From positions 8,551 to 72,550 of the forward strand of contig CAZHPM010000001.1 in assembly GCA_964534485.1 (NCBI GenBank): a stretch of DNA of 64,000 bases, given 5' to 3'. The notes below the pieces were generated by a model. It had not been told where the DNA came from and did no database searches. It saw only the letters and a list, made by a program, of their open reading frames with translations. A program made the translations under genes and the position numbers. This document shows positions 18,478-28,067 of the stretch, piece after piece. The stretch comes from an uncultured Halobacteriales archaeon. GTDB taxonomy: Archaea; Halobacteriota; Halobacteria; Halobacteriales; Haloarculaceae. Numbering within the stretch: the first letter of the stretch is position 1; each line of letters starts with the position of its first letter.

Positions 18478-19518
18478 ATGGGACGTACTCGCCGGCATCT
18501 GCTCGTCGCCGGACTCTCACTCGCCTCCGTCGCGGTTGCAGGCTGTAACAGCAGTGACGAGAGTGGCCGTGACAACGACTCCGAGAACGGAACCGACACC
18601 GGCGGAAACGGGACGAACGCCACCAACTCTGGCGGGAACGGAGCCAACGAGTCTGCGAACGGCACGGCCAGGGCAGACGTCGAGGACCGACTCGAGACGG
18701 CAGAGACCCGGCTCGTGGAGATTTTCGAGGGGTTCGGCGCGGAACTCGACAGTCTCGACGTGACAGAGGGTGGCGAACTCTCGGTCGAACAGTACCGGAG
18801 TCGACTCGCGGAGGCGCGAGCAGAACTCGACGGCGCACGGGCAGACGCCACGCCCGACCAGCGCGAGCGCATCGACGCCTACGAGCGACTCGCGGCGTTT
18901 TTCGCCGAGTTCGTCGACGCGTTCGGCGAGTTCGGAACCGCGATGTCGGAGCTTGGCACGGCGAACCAGTCTATCGAGAACGGCGAGTGGAGTCGGACAG
19001 TCGAGCCACTGGACCGGGCCGACGACGGGGTGTCGGCGGCCCGAACGGGGCTCTCCGACGCACGGACGGCCTTCGAGGCTGTCGACACCGACGCGCTCGG
19101 GGGGTTCGGAGAGTTCGCTCTCGCCGACGTCGAGAGCCGACTCGACGAACTGGCGAACATACTCACCGCACTCGACGCGACTGTCTCGGGGTTGAGCAGT
19201 GCCGCGACGGGTAACATCGCCCTCGAGGCGGGCACACGGGCAGTCGAACAGGCGCAGTGGGACCAGGCCACACGGGAGTACGGCACTGCCCGCGACGAGT
19301 TCGCAGACGCCACCGTGGCCTTCGAGTCGGGGGCCAGCGAGACCACCGGCGAGTACAAATCGGACCTGGAGACGTTCGCCTGCCAGTGGGAGACACTCCG
19401 CCGGGCGATGGACGCCTTCGTGCGCGGTTCGGAGGCGTTCGCCCGCGGTGACGAGGAGACGGGACGGGCGGCCTTCGACGAGGGCGACCGGATACTCGAG
19501 GCGGGCGGGCGGTGTTGA
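18478..19518 (+). CDS. Tat lipoprotein, mostly helical, unknown function
   Basis: TRRHLL...VAGC lipobox; N/G/T-rich linker; acidic helical body. Confidence 0.75.
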   Translation: MGRTRRHLLVAGLSLASVAVAGCNSSDESGRDNDSENGTDTGGNGTNATNSGGNGANESANGTARADVEDRLETAETRLVEIFEGFGAELDSLDVTEGGELSVEQYRSRLAEARAELDGARADATPDQRERIDAYERLAAFFAEFVDAFGEFGTAMSELGTANQSIENGEWSRTVEPLDRADDGVSAARTGLSDARTAFEAVDTDALGGFGEFALADVESRLDELANILTALDATVSGLSSAATGNIALEAGTRAVEQAQWDQATREYGTARDEFADATVAFESGASETTGEYKSDLETFACQWETLRRAMDAFVRGSEAFARGDEETGRAAFDEGDRILEAGGRC

Positions 19519-19573
19519 GACGTTCCCGAACCCCAAAGAGTTAGGAGTACTCCGCCCGGAGAGCGCACAACAG

Positions 19574-21058
19574 ATGACCACAACAGAGGAGTACGAGGTG
19601 GTGGTCGTCGGCGGCGGAATCGCCGGCTGTTTCGCGGCGGCAACCGCCGCCGACGCGGGTGCGGAAGTCGTTCAACTCGAGCGCAAACCCCGCGAACGCA
19701 GCGGCCACATCGCCTGTGGCGACGCCATCAAGAGTCCGCGCGACCCGGAGAAGTACCCCGGTCCAATCGACATGGAGGCGGTGACGGCCGACGAGCGCGT
19801 GCTCGCGAACGGGAATATCGACCGAATCGAGTGGCACGACGAGGAACTCGGTGTCAGGAAGGTGTTGCCGTACTCGGACTGTAGCAACGTCATCGACCGC
19901 TACGAGTTCGGCCAGCACCTGCTGGAACAGGCCACACTCTGTGGTGCCGACCAGCACTACGACACCGTCGTCTCGGACGTGACCCAGAACGGGCAGATAA
20001 CCGGTGTCGAGGCGGTCAGAGACGGCGACCCGGTTCGCTACCGGAGCGAGGTGCTGGTCGACGCCGCCGGCGCGCAGTCCATCCTGCAGGATATGGCCGA
20101 CTTCGCCGACCTCGCCGGTGAGACGAGTCTCGAAGTTCCACACTACACCCACTTCGGGTCGGCCTACCGCGAGGTGGTCGAAACCGACGAACCGGTGCCC
20201 TACGAGAACGCCATCGTGGGCAAACCGCTCGAACAGATGGGCTACATCTGGTACTTTCCGCGGACACCGACGGAGATAAACGCGGGACTGGGCTTCCAGA
20301 TGAGCAAGGACCCGGTGCCACTCGCGGACAGACTCGCACGCGACATGCACGGACGCCCGGAGTTCCAGGACGCCCACGTCGCAGAGAAGTTCGGGAAGAA
20401 GAACAAACTGGGGTCGTCGATTGCGCTCCGGCGGCCACTGGACTCGATGGTCGCGCCGGGGTATCTCGCGACCGGCGGCGCGGCGGCCACCACACACCCG
20501 ATTTCCGGCAAGGGAATCCGCGGGGCGGCCCTGTCGGGGTACTCTGCGGGGAGACAGGCCGCCAGGGCCGTCCACCAGGGCGACACCAGCGAACAGGGGT
20601 TGTGGGGGCACAACCACTACCTGTACGTCGAACACGGCGAGGCAACGGGACTGGCGACCCGTGACGCCTACAACGTCGCCGCGAGCTCCGAGGGTATCTC
20701 GGTGTTGCGTGCCGTCGCGGCACTCCTCCCCGAGGACGAACTAAAGGAGATCGTCGGTACGGACTCGACGGTCGACAGTCTCACCGGACTGGCCGCGCTC
20801 GGAGTCGGGACGCTGAAAAACCTCATCGGGGCCTCGCGAAGCGGAACCTTCGACACGCTCGGAGTGTCCAGAGAGGACCTCCTGGCGGTGTTTCGTGGTG
20901 TCGTGACGACCAAGCGCTACGCCCGCCAGTACCGGGAGCAGTACGAGGCCTATCCGGCGACACGGAGCGGGTTCGCGGCCTGGCGCGACCGCCGCGACGA
21001 AATCGACGAGAGTCTCTACGAGGCCCTGGACCTCTCGGAGACCCACCGCAAGTACTGA
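19574..21058 (+). CDS. Geranylgeranyl reductase-family FAD oxidoreductase
   Basis: VVGGGIAG, IACGDA, GYIWYFP, PISGKGIRGA. Confidence 0.85.
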   Translation: MTTTEEYEVVVVGGGIAGCFAAATAADAGAEVVQLERKPRERSGHIACGDAIKSPRDPEKYPGPIDMEAVTADERVLANGNIDRIEWHDEELGVRKVLPYSDCSNVIDRYEFGQHLLEQATLCGADQHYDTVVSDVTQNGQITGVEAVRDGDPVRYRSEVLVDAAGAQSILQDMADFADLAGETSLEVPHYTHFGSAYREVVETDEPVPYENAIVGKPLEQMGYIWYFPRTPTEINAGLGFQMSKDPVPLADRLARDMHGRPEFQDAHVAEKFGKKNKLGSSIALRRPLDSMVAPGYLATGGAAATTHPISGKGIRGAALSGYSAGRQAARAVHQGDTSEQGLWGHNHYLYVEHGEATGLATRDAYNVAASSEGISVLRAVAALLPEDELKEIVGTDSTVDSLTGLAALGVGTLKNLIGASRSGTFDTLGVSREDLLAVFRGVVTTKRYARQYREQYEAYPATRSGFAAWRDRRDEIDESLYEALDLSETHRKY

Positions 21059-21118
21059 CCGGCGTGACACGCGGTTCGAGACCCGGTGTGGCGTACGGAG
21101 TCTCCCCCAGACCGGGAG

Positions 21119-23731
21119 TTACTTTCGTTTGACGTCGTCGAGCATCATGTTCCGGAGGATGTCACCGTACGCCGGGCGCGTCACCGCGATGCCGATGAGC
21201 ACACCGACGATGGTGACGATGGCAAAGCCCTGCAGGTCGCCGAGGCTCAGCACCGCGAGCGGACTCATCGCGATAATCGTCGTCGCCGCGGCCATCCCGA
21301 TTATCCAGAACGCCTTTCGGAACCGGTTCTGGAAGATACGACCCGTCTGTACGTCCTCTTTTCGCTGTAATATTTCGTCTGCAACGATAATTAGGTCGTC
21401 GAGACCCGTCCCGATGACGGCGATGAGGCCGGCGATGTGCGAGAGGTCGAGCGCGAGTCCGACCGCCGCGGCAAAGCCAAGCAGGAGGAACACCTCGGTG
21501 GCGGCGGTCAACAGCATCGGGACGGCGACACGGACGTCGCGGTACCAGTAGTAGACGACGAGACAGACCGACAGCCACGCGACCAGCGCCGTCAGCAGTG
21601 CCAGTGGTTTGAACTTCTGGGCGAGACTGGGCGAGATACTCGATTCGGAGACCACCTCGATTTCGGTCGGCAGTTCGCCAGAGCGGAGATTCACCTCTAG
21701 TTCCTGTGCCTGGTCGAACGTGCCGGTCTGCATCAGGAACTGGGGGTCGTTGACGAAACCGCCGTTGTTGATCGTCTGTGCCAGGTTCGGACTCATGCTC
21801 GCGCCGTAGACGTACTCGCCGTCGACGACGGTGTACAGACAGTGCTGTCCCTCCAGCGGGCCGTCGTTTCGGGTCTCGTTGAACCGGCAGTTGCCGACCC
21901 CCTCGTTCGTGAACCCACCCTCTTGCATGACCGCAGCGTACCGCTGTGCGGCCTGGTCGGTCAGCGTCACCGGAACCCGGGGCGTCGGTGACTGCTCGTC
22001 TGCCGGCTGTGCGGTCTGGATACCGGCGAAATCCTGTGTCGCCAGCACCTGGGTGAGATTGAGGGTTCCGTTGTCGGGGAAGCCGGCGACAATCTGTACC
22101 CGACCGGGGTCGGTGATGACCTCCCTGAGTTGGCCGAGACTGATGCCGGGAACCTCGGCCACGACGAAGTTGTCACCGGTGACGGCACTGCTGGTGAAGA
22201 CGTCTGCCCCGGAGAGCCCCGTCTGGTCGACGCGCTGGGTGAGTGTGTCGACGGCCCCGTCACGGGTGGTCGACGTGACGCCGTTTCGGATGTCGCCCTC
22301 GGAGACGTCGAGTCCCGCCGACTGGAGCGCCCTCGCGAACTCACTCTCGGTGACGTTCCCGCTGAACACTTCGACGGCGTCGAGACCGTTCCGGACGCGC
22401 ACGTCGATAGGGTCGACACCGAGTTCGGTCGCCACGTCGCGCTGGACAGACGTCGACTCGCCGGCGAGTCCGACGCCCTCGGCGGTGAGCCCGACGAACT
22501 GTCCACGGATGCGGGCACCGCCGGAGAGTTCGAGCCCGTACTGGAGGTTCGTCGGGTCCGGGACGCCCTCCTCGACGACCTGTTCGAACTGGTTGCTCTC
22601 GCGAAAGACGACGTCGATGTCGGCGAGTGTCTGCCCGCGCTCGCCGGTGACCGTTCCGGCCACCGTGCCGGTCTCCAGCGGCGTCAACTCGATGTCGACT
22701 GTCTGACTCTCGTTTGCGACGACCGAGACGGTCGTGACGAACGTGTCGAACACCGTGCTGTCGACGCGGGCGTCGTACTCGCCGGCCGGCAGCAGTGCAC
22801 TGTACGTGCCGTTGTCACCCGTCGTCGCTGTCGTGACCACCGCCCGGGTTCCGAGGTCGAGAAACTCGACGGTCGTGTTAGACTGTGGCCGACCGTCACC
22901 GGTGACCGTCCCCTCGACAGTTCCGGTTTCGCTGGCGTTCAGCGTGATATCCAGCGTCGCGGTATCGTTGCCGACGACCGAGACGTTCCCGGTGGAGGGT
23001 TCGTACCCCACCGCGTCGACGCGAAGGTCGTAGCTCCCGGCCTCGACTGTCGCCTCGTACACGCCGTTCTCGTCGGTGGTCACCGTCGTGACAGTCTGGT
23101 TGCCGTCGACGAACGCGACACCGACTCCGGCGACCGTCTCGTTGTTGCTGGTGACGGTGCCGGTGGCGGTGCCGGTCGCGGCGGCGTTCAGCGCGACCGA
23201 CTCGGTGACTGTCCCTCCCGCCTCGACGGAGACTGTCGTCTCGAAGGACTCGTAGCCGGTCTCCTCGACTACCAGACCGTACTCGCCGGGCGGCAGGTCG
23301 ACGCCGAAGTTGCCGTTCTCGTCTGTCGTCGTGGTGACGACCCCCGTCTGGTTCGAGCGGAACTCGACGCCGAGTTCTGGAATCGCCGTCCCGTTCTCCG
23401 TGACCGTCCCCTCGACAGTTCCGGTTTCGCTGGCGTTCAGCGTGATATCCAGCGTCGCGGTATCGTTGCCGACGACCGAGACGTTCCCGGTGAAGGGTTC
23501 GTACCCGACCGCGTCGACGCGAACCTCGTACTCGCCCTCGGGGAGCTCGACACCGTACTCTCCGCCCGTGTCGGTCGTCGCCGTGGCGATTCTCTCGCCG
23601 GTTGTTCCGTTCCCGCCGAGGAAGTCGGCACCACTGCCCGAGGCGCCCAGCGGGCCAAACAACGCCAGTGCCGCGAGCACCGAGAGCGCCACGAGGAGCA
23701 CAATCCGCCAGTTGTCCCGGAGGTCGATCAT
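21119..23731 (-). CDS. secD: Protein translocase subunit SecD with a large insertion of beta-sandwich repeats
   Basis: LRDNWRI, TNLQYGLELSGG, LRSGELP, IGTGLDD, AATTIIAMSPL, TRPAY; 870 aa; coupled to secF by an ATGA overlap. Confidence 0.92.
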   Translation of the reverse strand: MIDLRDNWRIVLLVALSVLAALALFGPLGASGSGADFLGGNGTTGERIATATTDTGGEYGVELPEGEYEVRVDAVGYEPFTGNVSVVGNDTATLDITLNASETGTVEGTVTENGTAIPELGVEFRSNQTGVVTTTTDENGNFGVDLPPGEYGLVVEETGYESFETTVSVEAGGTVTESVALNAAATGTATGTVTSNNETVAGVGVAFVDGNQTVTTVTTDENGVYEATVEAGSYDLRVDAVGYEPSTGNVSVVGNDTATLDITLNASETGTVEGTVTGDGRPQSNTTVEFLDLGTRAVVTTATTGDNGTYSALLPAGEYDARVDSTVFDTFVTTVSVVANESQTVDIELTPLETGTVAGTVTGERGQTLADIDVVFRESNQFEQVVEEGVPDPTNLQYGLELSGGARIRGQFVGLTAEGVGLAGESTSVQRDVATELGVDPIDVRVRNGLDAVEVFSGNVTESEFARALQSAGLDVSEGDIRNGVTSTTRDGAVDTLTQRVDQTGLSGADVFTSSAVTGDNFVVAEVPGISLGQLREVITDPGRVQIVAGFPDNGTLNLTQVLATQDFAGIQTAQPADEQSPTPRVPVTLTDQAAQRYAAVMQEGGFTNEGVGNCRFNETRNDGPLEGQHCLYTVVDGEYVYGASMSPNLAQTINNGGFVNDPQFLMQTGTFDQAQELEVNLRSGELPTEIEVVSESSISPSLAQKFKPLALLTALVAWLSVCLVVYYWYRDVRVAVPMLLTAATEVFLLLGFAAAVGLALDLSHIAGLIAVIGTGLDDLIIVADEILQRKEDVQTGRIFQNRFRKAFWIIGMAAATTIIAMSPLAVLSLGDLQGFAIVTIVGVLIGIAVTRPAYGDILRNMMLDDVKRK
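22902..23523 (-). repeat. 124-bp near-identical duplication inside the secD insertion
   Basis: 22902-23025 matches 23400-23523 (498-bp offset). Confidence 0.9.
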
Positions 23732-24597
23732 TGCGTGACGCCCTCGTACTTGTACCAGCGGAGCAGACTCATATTGAGCAGATACGTGTTCATCAGGTCC
23801 GTCGTGAGTCCGAACACGAGAATCAACGCGACGTTCGGGAGGAGGTCGATGCCGAAGTACCACGAGACGACGAACATCGTCATCATCGCGGCAATCGAGG
23901 TTAGCGTCATCGAGACGCCGGTCCGCATCGCCTGGTACGCGCTCTCGTAGAACTTTCCGTGGCGCTTGAGTATGTGGTTGTTCAGGAGGATATCCGAATC
24001 GACGCTGTACCCGATAATCATCAGAAGCGCCGCAACGGCACCCAGCGTGAGTTCGATTCCCAGCAGATTCATCAGCGCCACCGGCACCACGATGTCGGAG
24101 AACGCCGAGAGCACGACCGCGATACTCGGGACGAACGTCCGGAACATCAGCGCGACGAGCACACTCATCCCGAGAAACGCGACGAGCATCCCGACCAGCG
24201 CCTGTCCCTGCGCGTCCGAGCCAAAGGCCGCAGAGCGTGACTGGACCGAATCGACCTCGTAGTCGGCGCTCTCCGCGACGTCACTGAGTTGCTCGGTGTC
24301 CGTGTTCTGTGTCGTCAGCAGATACGAACTGTCGGTTCCCACCGACCGGACACTCTCGACGCCGACACCCGCATCGGAGAACGTGCTCTCGATTTGACTG
24401 CTCGTCGCGTCGGGTGCGCTGAGCCGGAGCTCTGTCCCGCCGGTGAAATCGAGCCCGAGCGACACCGGCGCTCCCGTGAGGACGAACGTCCCGGCGATAA
24501 CCGCGACGGCGACGACGAGGACGGCCACTGGAACCAGCGCCAGCTGGCGGTTCGTGTAATCCTCGTAGGGAATCTGGTCGACGTCCAGCCGTGCCAT
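23728..24597 (-). CDS. secF: Protein translocase subunit SecF
   Basis: GLDFTGGT, SAFSDI, IGYSVDSDILL, DLMNTYLLN. Confidence 0.95.
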   Translation of the reverse strand: MARLDVDQIPYEDYTNRQLALVPVAVLVVAVAVIAGTFVLTGAPVSLGLDFTGGTELRLSAPDATSSQIESTFSDAGVGVESVRSVGTDSSYLLTTQNTDTEQLSDVAESADYEVDSVQSRSAAFGSDAQGQALVGMLVAFLGMSVLVALMFRTFVPSIAVVLSAFSDIVVPVALMNLLGIELTLGAVAALLMIIGYSVDSDILLNNHILKRHGKFYESAYQAMRTGVSMTLTSIAAMMTMFVVSWYFGIDLLPNVALILVFGLTTDLMNTYLLNMSLLRWYKYEGVTQ

Positions 24598-24772
24598 TAG
24601 CGTGCCTGCGAGAGCGTGGCGAATAAACCTTTCTTATCTCACGCCCGGTGGACTCACACGCCCGCCCTCTCCCGACGACACGCCCGTCTCCGGTCCGGGT
24701 GCAGACGGCCTCGCCTCCGCTGGCGGCAGTCGATGGCTCCCCCACGTCGTGACAGTCCGGAGACAGACAGTC

Positions 24773-25891
24773 TCACCCGACAAACGGCAGTGTCGCCCGA
24801 ACCGACTCACGCGAGGGCAGTGTCGTGTCCAACTGTTCTCGCGAGAGCAGCGTCGTCGGACGGTCCATGTGCACCCCGAGTTCACCCGCGAGCAGCGACA
24901 GTCCCACCCGCTGGAGTGGCCGTGGCGCGGCGTACCCCGCCCGAATCGCGTGGCCGAGCCGAATCTCCCGGCTGAGTTCCTCGCGCCAGGCACGCTCGTA
25001 CTCCTCGAGTGTCGCCGGCTCCTCCGGGTCGACCGTCCGGGCGGCACAGTCGGCGGCAGTCATCCCGTAGAGGATACCACCACCGGTAAATGGTTTGTTG
25101 TGGCCGGCGGCGTCCCCCAGCAGGAGGACACGCCCGGAGGTGGTCGTCGACGGTGGTCCGATTGGAATCAGCCCCGAACACCGGCGGTCGGTGTCGGCGC
25201 CGTAGGCGTCGGTGAACGCCTCGAAGCGCGCCGAAACGTCGCTGTCTGGCTCCACCGCCAGCCCGTACTCGACGCCCGCCTCCCCCCGGGGGATGCGCCA
25301 CGCGAAAAACTGTGGCACCGTCAGGTGGACGTCGACGAAATCGTCGTGGTCGGGACTGTCGTCGAACCCGAGCACGCCGTGGAGGAGTTCGCCGGGGTCG
25401 GGCAACCCCGTCTCCGAGCGGACACGCGAGCGGGGCCCGTCACAGCCCGCGACGAGTTTCCCGCGGTGGGTCTCGAGGCCGTCGGGACCGCTGACCGAGA
25501 GTTCCACACAGTCCCGGCGCTCTGTCAGCCCCACGACAGTGTGTTGTTCGCGCACGTCTGCGCCGGCCCGCCGGGCGGCGTCTGCGAGTTCTCTGTCGAG
25601 TTCGACCCGGTCGATGACGTTCGAGACGACCTGTTGTTTGTAGAACTGGTGACTGTCACTCTCCGGACCGCCGGCGTGAAACCGTGCGCCGTAGACGTCG
25701 TTCTGGTGGAGTCGCTCGCGCGCCGTCTCTGGGACAAACTCCCAGATGTCGGTGCTGACGTGTCCCGAACAGGCCAGTGGCGTGCCGACACTCCCTCGTT
25801 CGAAGACGACCACGTCATGCCCGCGCCGGGCGACCTGTCGGGCGAAGCGCGAACCCGCTGGCCCGGCACCGACGACGAGAAAGTCGTGCAT
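24773..25891 (-). CDS. Geranylgeranyl reductase-family FAD oxidoreductase
   Basis: VVGAGPAG, LACSGHVS, FFAWRIP, LGDAAGHNKPFTGGGI. Confidence 0.88.
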   Translation of the reverse strand: MHDFLVVGAGPAGSRFARQVARRGHDVVVFERGSVGTPLACSGHVSTDIWEFVPETARERLHQNDVYGARFHAGGPESDSHQFYKQQVVSNVIDRVELDRELADAARRAGADVREQHTVVGLTERRDCVELSVSGPDGLETHRGKLVAGCDGPRSRVRSETGLPDPGELLHGVLGFDDSPDHDDFVDVHLTVPQFFAWRIPRGEAGVEYGLAVEPDSDVSARFEAFTDAYGADTDRRCSGLIPIGPPSTTTSGRVLLLGDAAGHNKPFTGGGILYGMTAADCAARTVDPEEPATLEEYERAWREELSREIRLGHAIRAGYAAPRPLQRVGLSLLAGELGVHMDRPTTLLSREQLDTTLPSRESVRATLPFVG

Positions 25892-25961
25892 ACCACTACT
25901 GACCGGGCCAGCGACAAAGCAGTCACGGTCGCAGACGGGGGTCGCAGCACTGTTCGGTCGG

Positions 25962-26744
25962 TTACACGTCCGGCGACTCCATGATGTCGGGGAGTCCGGC
26001 GGCGGTGATGGTCTCGCCGACGATGTACGAGGCCGCAGGACTCGCCAGGAACTGCGCGATGTCTGCAATCTCCTCGCTGAGTCCGATGCGCCGTTCGACC
26101 TCCGCGCGAGTGATGTTGTCGGCGCTGATTCCCATCTGTGTCTCGACACCCGGCGTGGCGACAAAGCCCGGCGCGATGCAGTTGACGCGAACGCCCTCGC
26201 TCGCCCACTCGTGGGCGAGTGTCGTCGTCAGGTTGATGACGCCGGCTTTCGCCGCGGCGTAGTGGCTCATGTAGGGTGCGCCCTGCTGGCCGGCGACACT
26301 GGAGAGGTTGATGATGGCCCCGCCGCCGTCGGCGAGGTGGTCGGCCGCGGCCTGCGAGCAGTGGTAGGTGCCGTGGAGATTGATGTCGACGATCGTCTTC
26401 CACCCGTTCTCGCTGATGTCGTCGAAGCCGGCCATGAAACTCGCGCCGGCGTTGTTGACGAGCGTGTCGAGACCGCCACACTCCTCGACGGTGGCCTCGA
26501 CGAGCGCCTCGACGGCCTCGCGGTCGGTCACGTCACACTCGATTGCGACGGCCTCGCCCGGCCGGTCACTGCTGTTGATACCGTCGGCGACCGGGTCGAC
26601 GTTGCCCTGCTCGCGCGAGCAGACCACCACGTCCGCGCCGGCGGCGGCGAACTGTTCTGCGGTCACCCGTCCGATACCGCTCGATGCGCCCGTCACGATT
26701 ACCCGCTGTCCCTCGACTGCGAACCGGTGTGCTGTCTCTGCCAT
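25962..26744 (-). CDS. Short-chain dehydrogenase/reductase
   Basis: TGASSGIG, NNAG, YAAAK, IAPG. Confidence 0.92.
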   Translation of the reverse strand: MAETAHRFAVEGQRVIVTGASSGIGRVTAEQFAAAGADVVVCSREQGNVDPVADGINSSDRPGEAVAIECDVTDREAVEALVEATVEECGGLDTLVNNAGASFMAGFDDISENGWKTIVDINLHGTYHCSQAAADHLADGGGAIINLSSVAGQQGAPYMSHYAAAKAGVINLTTTLAHEWASEGVRVNCIAPGFVATPGVETQMGISADNITRAEVERRIGLSEEIADIAQFLASPAASYIVGETITAAGLPDIMESPDV

Positions 26745-26873
26745 ACCCCGACAGTGGGGTGCCACGGGTATAAGGGTGCCCGGGTGTCGAGTACACACCC
26801 CGGGCCGCCAGTCTCGTGTCGCGTGAGGCGCGTTTTCGACGGGTACACAACCCCGGGGGCGCTACGAACCCGT

Positions 26874-27902
26874 ATGGAGATCGACGTCGAACCGGTCGAG
26901 GAAATCGACGAGGGTGCGGTCCCGGCGGGAGTCGACGCGCCCGAGTACGTGCTCTACGGGGGGAAAGGCGGCGTCGGGAAGACGACGATGGCCGCGGCGA
27001 CGGCGCTGGCCAGCGCCCGCGACGGGACGACGACGCTGGTGGTCTCGACGGACCCGGCCCACTCGCTTGCGGACACGCTCGACACGACAGTGCCCGACGA
27101 ACCGGCACGCGTCCGGGAGGAGATTCCGCTGTACGCAGCGGAGATCGACCCCGAGCAGGCGCTCGCGGACACCCCCTTTGGCGAGGACAGCCCCCACGGC
27201 GTGTTGACCGGACTGCCGGGCGGCGAGGCCGTCGACCCCTTTGACGGGTCGATGCCCGGCTCCGACGAGGCCGCCGCGGTTCGCCTGCTGGTCGAGTACT
27301 TCGAGGACCCGCGCTTTGACCGTGTCGTCGTCGACACCGCGCCAACGGGGCACACGCTCCGCCTGCTTGAGTTGCCCGAACTGCTCGATTCGATGGTCGG
27401 CAAACTGCTGACCTTCCGCGAGCGACTCGGGCAGTCGATGGGCACTCTGACCGACGCTCTCGGAGACGATGTCGAGGACCCGACCGGGAGTGCCGGGCGT
27501 CTCCGCGAGTTCGCCGACCGTATCGAGCGCCTCCGGGCGGCCTTGCGCGACCCCGACCGGACGGATTTCCGTGTCGTGATGGTGCCAGAGGAGTTGAGTG
27601 TCCGCGAGTCCGAGCGCCTGCTCGAGCGTCTCGCGGAGTTCGAGATTCCCGTCGGCACCATCGTCGTCAACCGCGTCATGCAGGACCCGGCGGAGGTGAC
27701 CGACCTCGACACCGACTGGCTGGCCGCCCCGAACCACACCGACTGTGAGTTCTGCGAGCGCCGCTGGCGCATCCAACAACAGGCACTGTCACGCGCACAG
27801 GACATCTTCCGGGGCCACGAGGTTCGGCGCGTCCCGTTGTTTGCCGAGGCGGTCCGTGGCGACCAGTTGTTGCGCGTGGTCGCCTCCTGTCTCGACGCCT
27901 GA
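26874..27902 (+). CDS. Second ArsA/Get3(TRC40)-family ATPase
   Basis: GGKGGVGKTT, STDPAHS, DTAPTGHTLRLL, CEFC. Confidence 0.9.
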   Translation: MEIDVEPVEEIDEGAVPAGVDAPEYVLYGGKGGVGKTTMAAATALASARDGTTTLVVSTDPAHSLADTLDTTVPDEPARVREEIPLYAAEIDPEQALADTPFGEDSPHGVLTGLPGGEAVDPFDGSMPGSDEAAAVRLLVEYFEDPRFDRVVVDTAPTGHTLRLLELPELLDSMVGKLLTFRERLGQSMGTLTDALGDDVEDPTGSAGRLREFADRIERLRAALRDPDRTDFRVVMVPEELSVRESERLLERLAEFEIPVGTIVVNRVMQDPAEVTDLDTDWLAAPNHTDCEFCERRWRIQQQALSRAQDIFRGHEVRRVPLFAEAVRGDQLLRVVASCLDA

Positions 27903-28067
27903 GAGCCACGACCCACACAGCCAGTCGCCAGAAAGACCCAAAAGCCTGAAAAGAGACCAAACGCTCTAACAGAGACAACAGTAGAGCATGACCGGGGTAG
28001 GGTACCCGCCCGGGGCAGGGCGGAGCGGTTTGTTCGGGTGGCCCCCGTCTGCCGGGGGGAGTGGTCT

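Noticed and set aside
22130..23950. Long antisense ORFs here and opposite P450, glyS, thermosome and menD
   Set aside because: Shadow frames expected from high-GC codon bias; no protein motifs
25746..26873. N-terminal extensions in the ORF track (718-aa ArsA, 756-aa GlmM, 619-aa reductase) as fusions
   Set aside because: The extensions overlap genuine neighbouring genes; family-typical starts lie downstream
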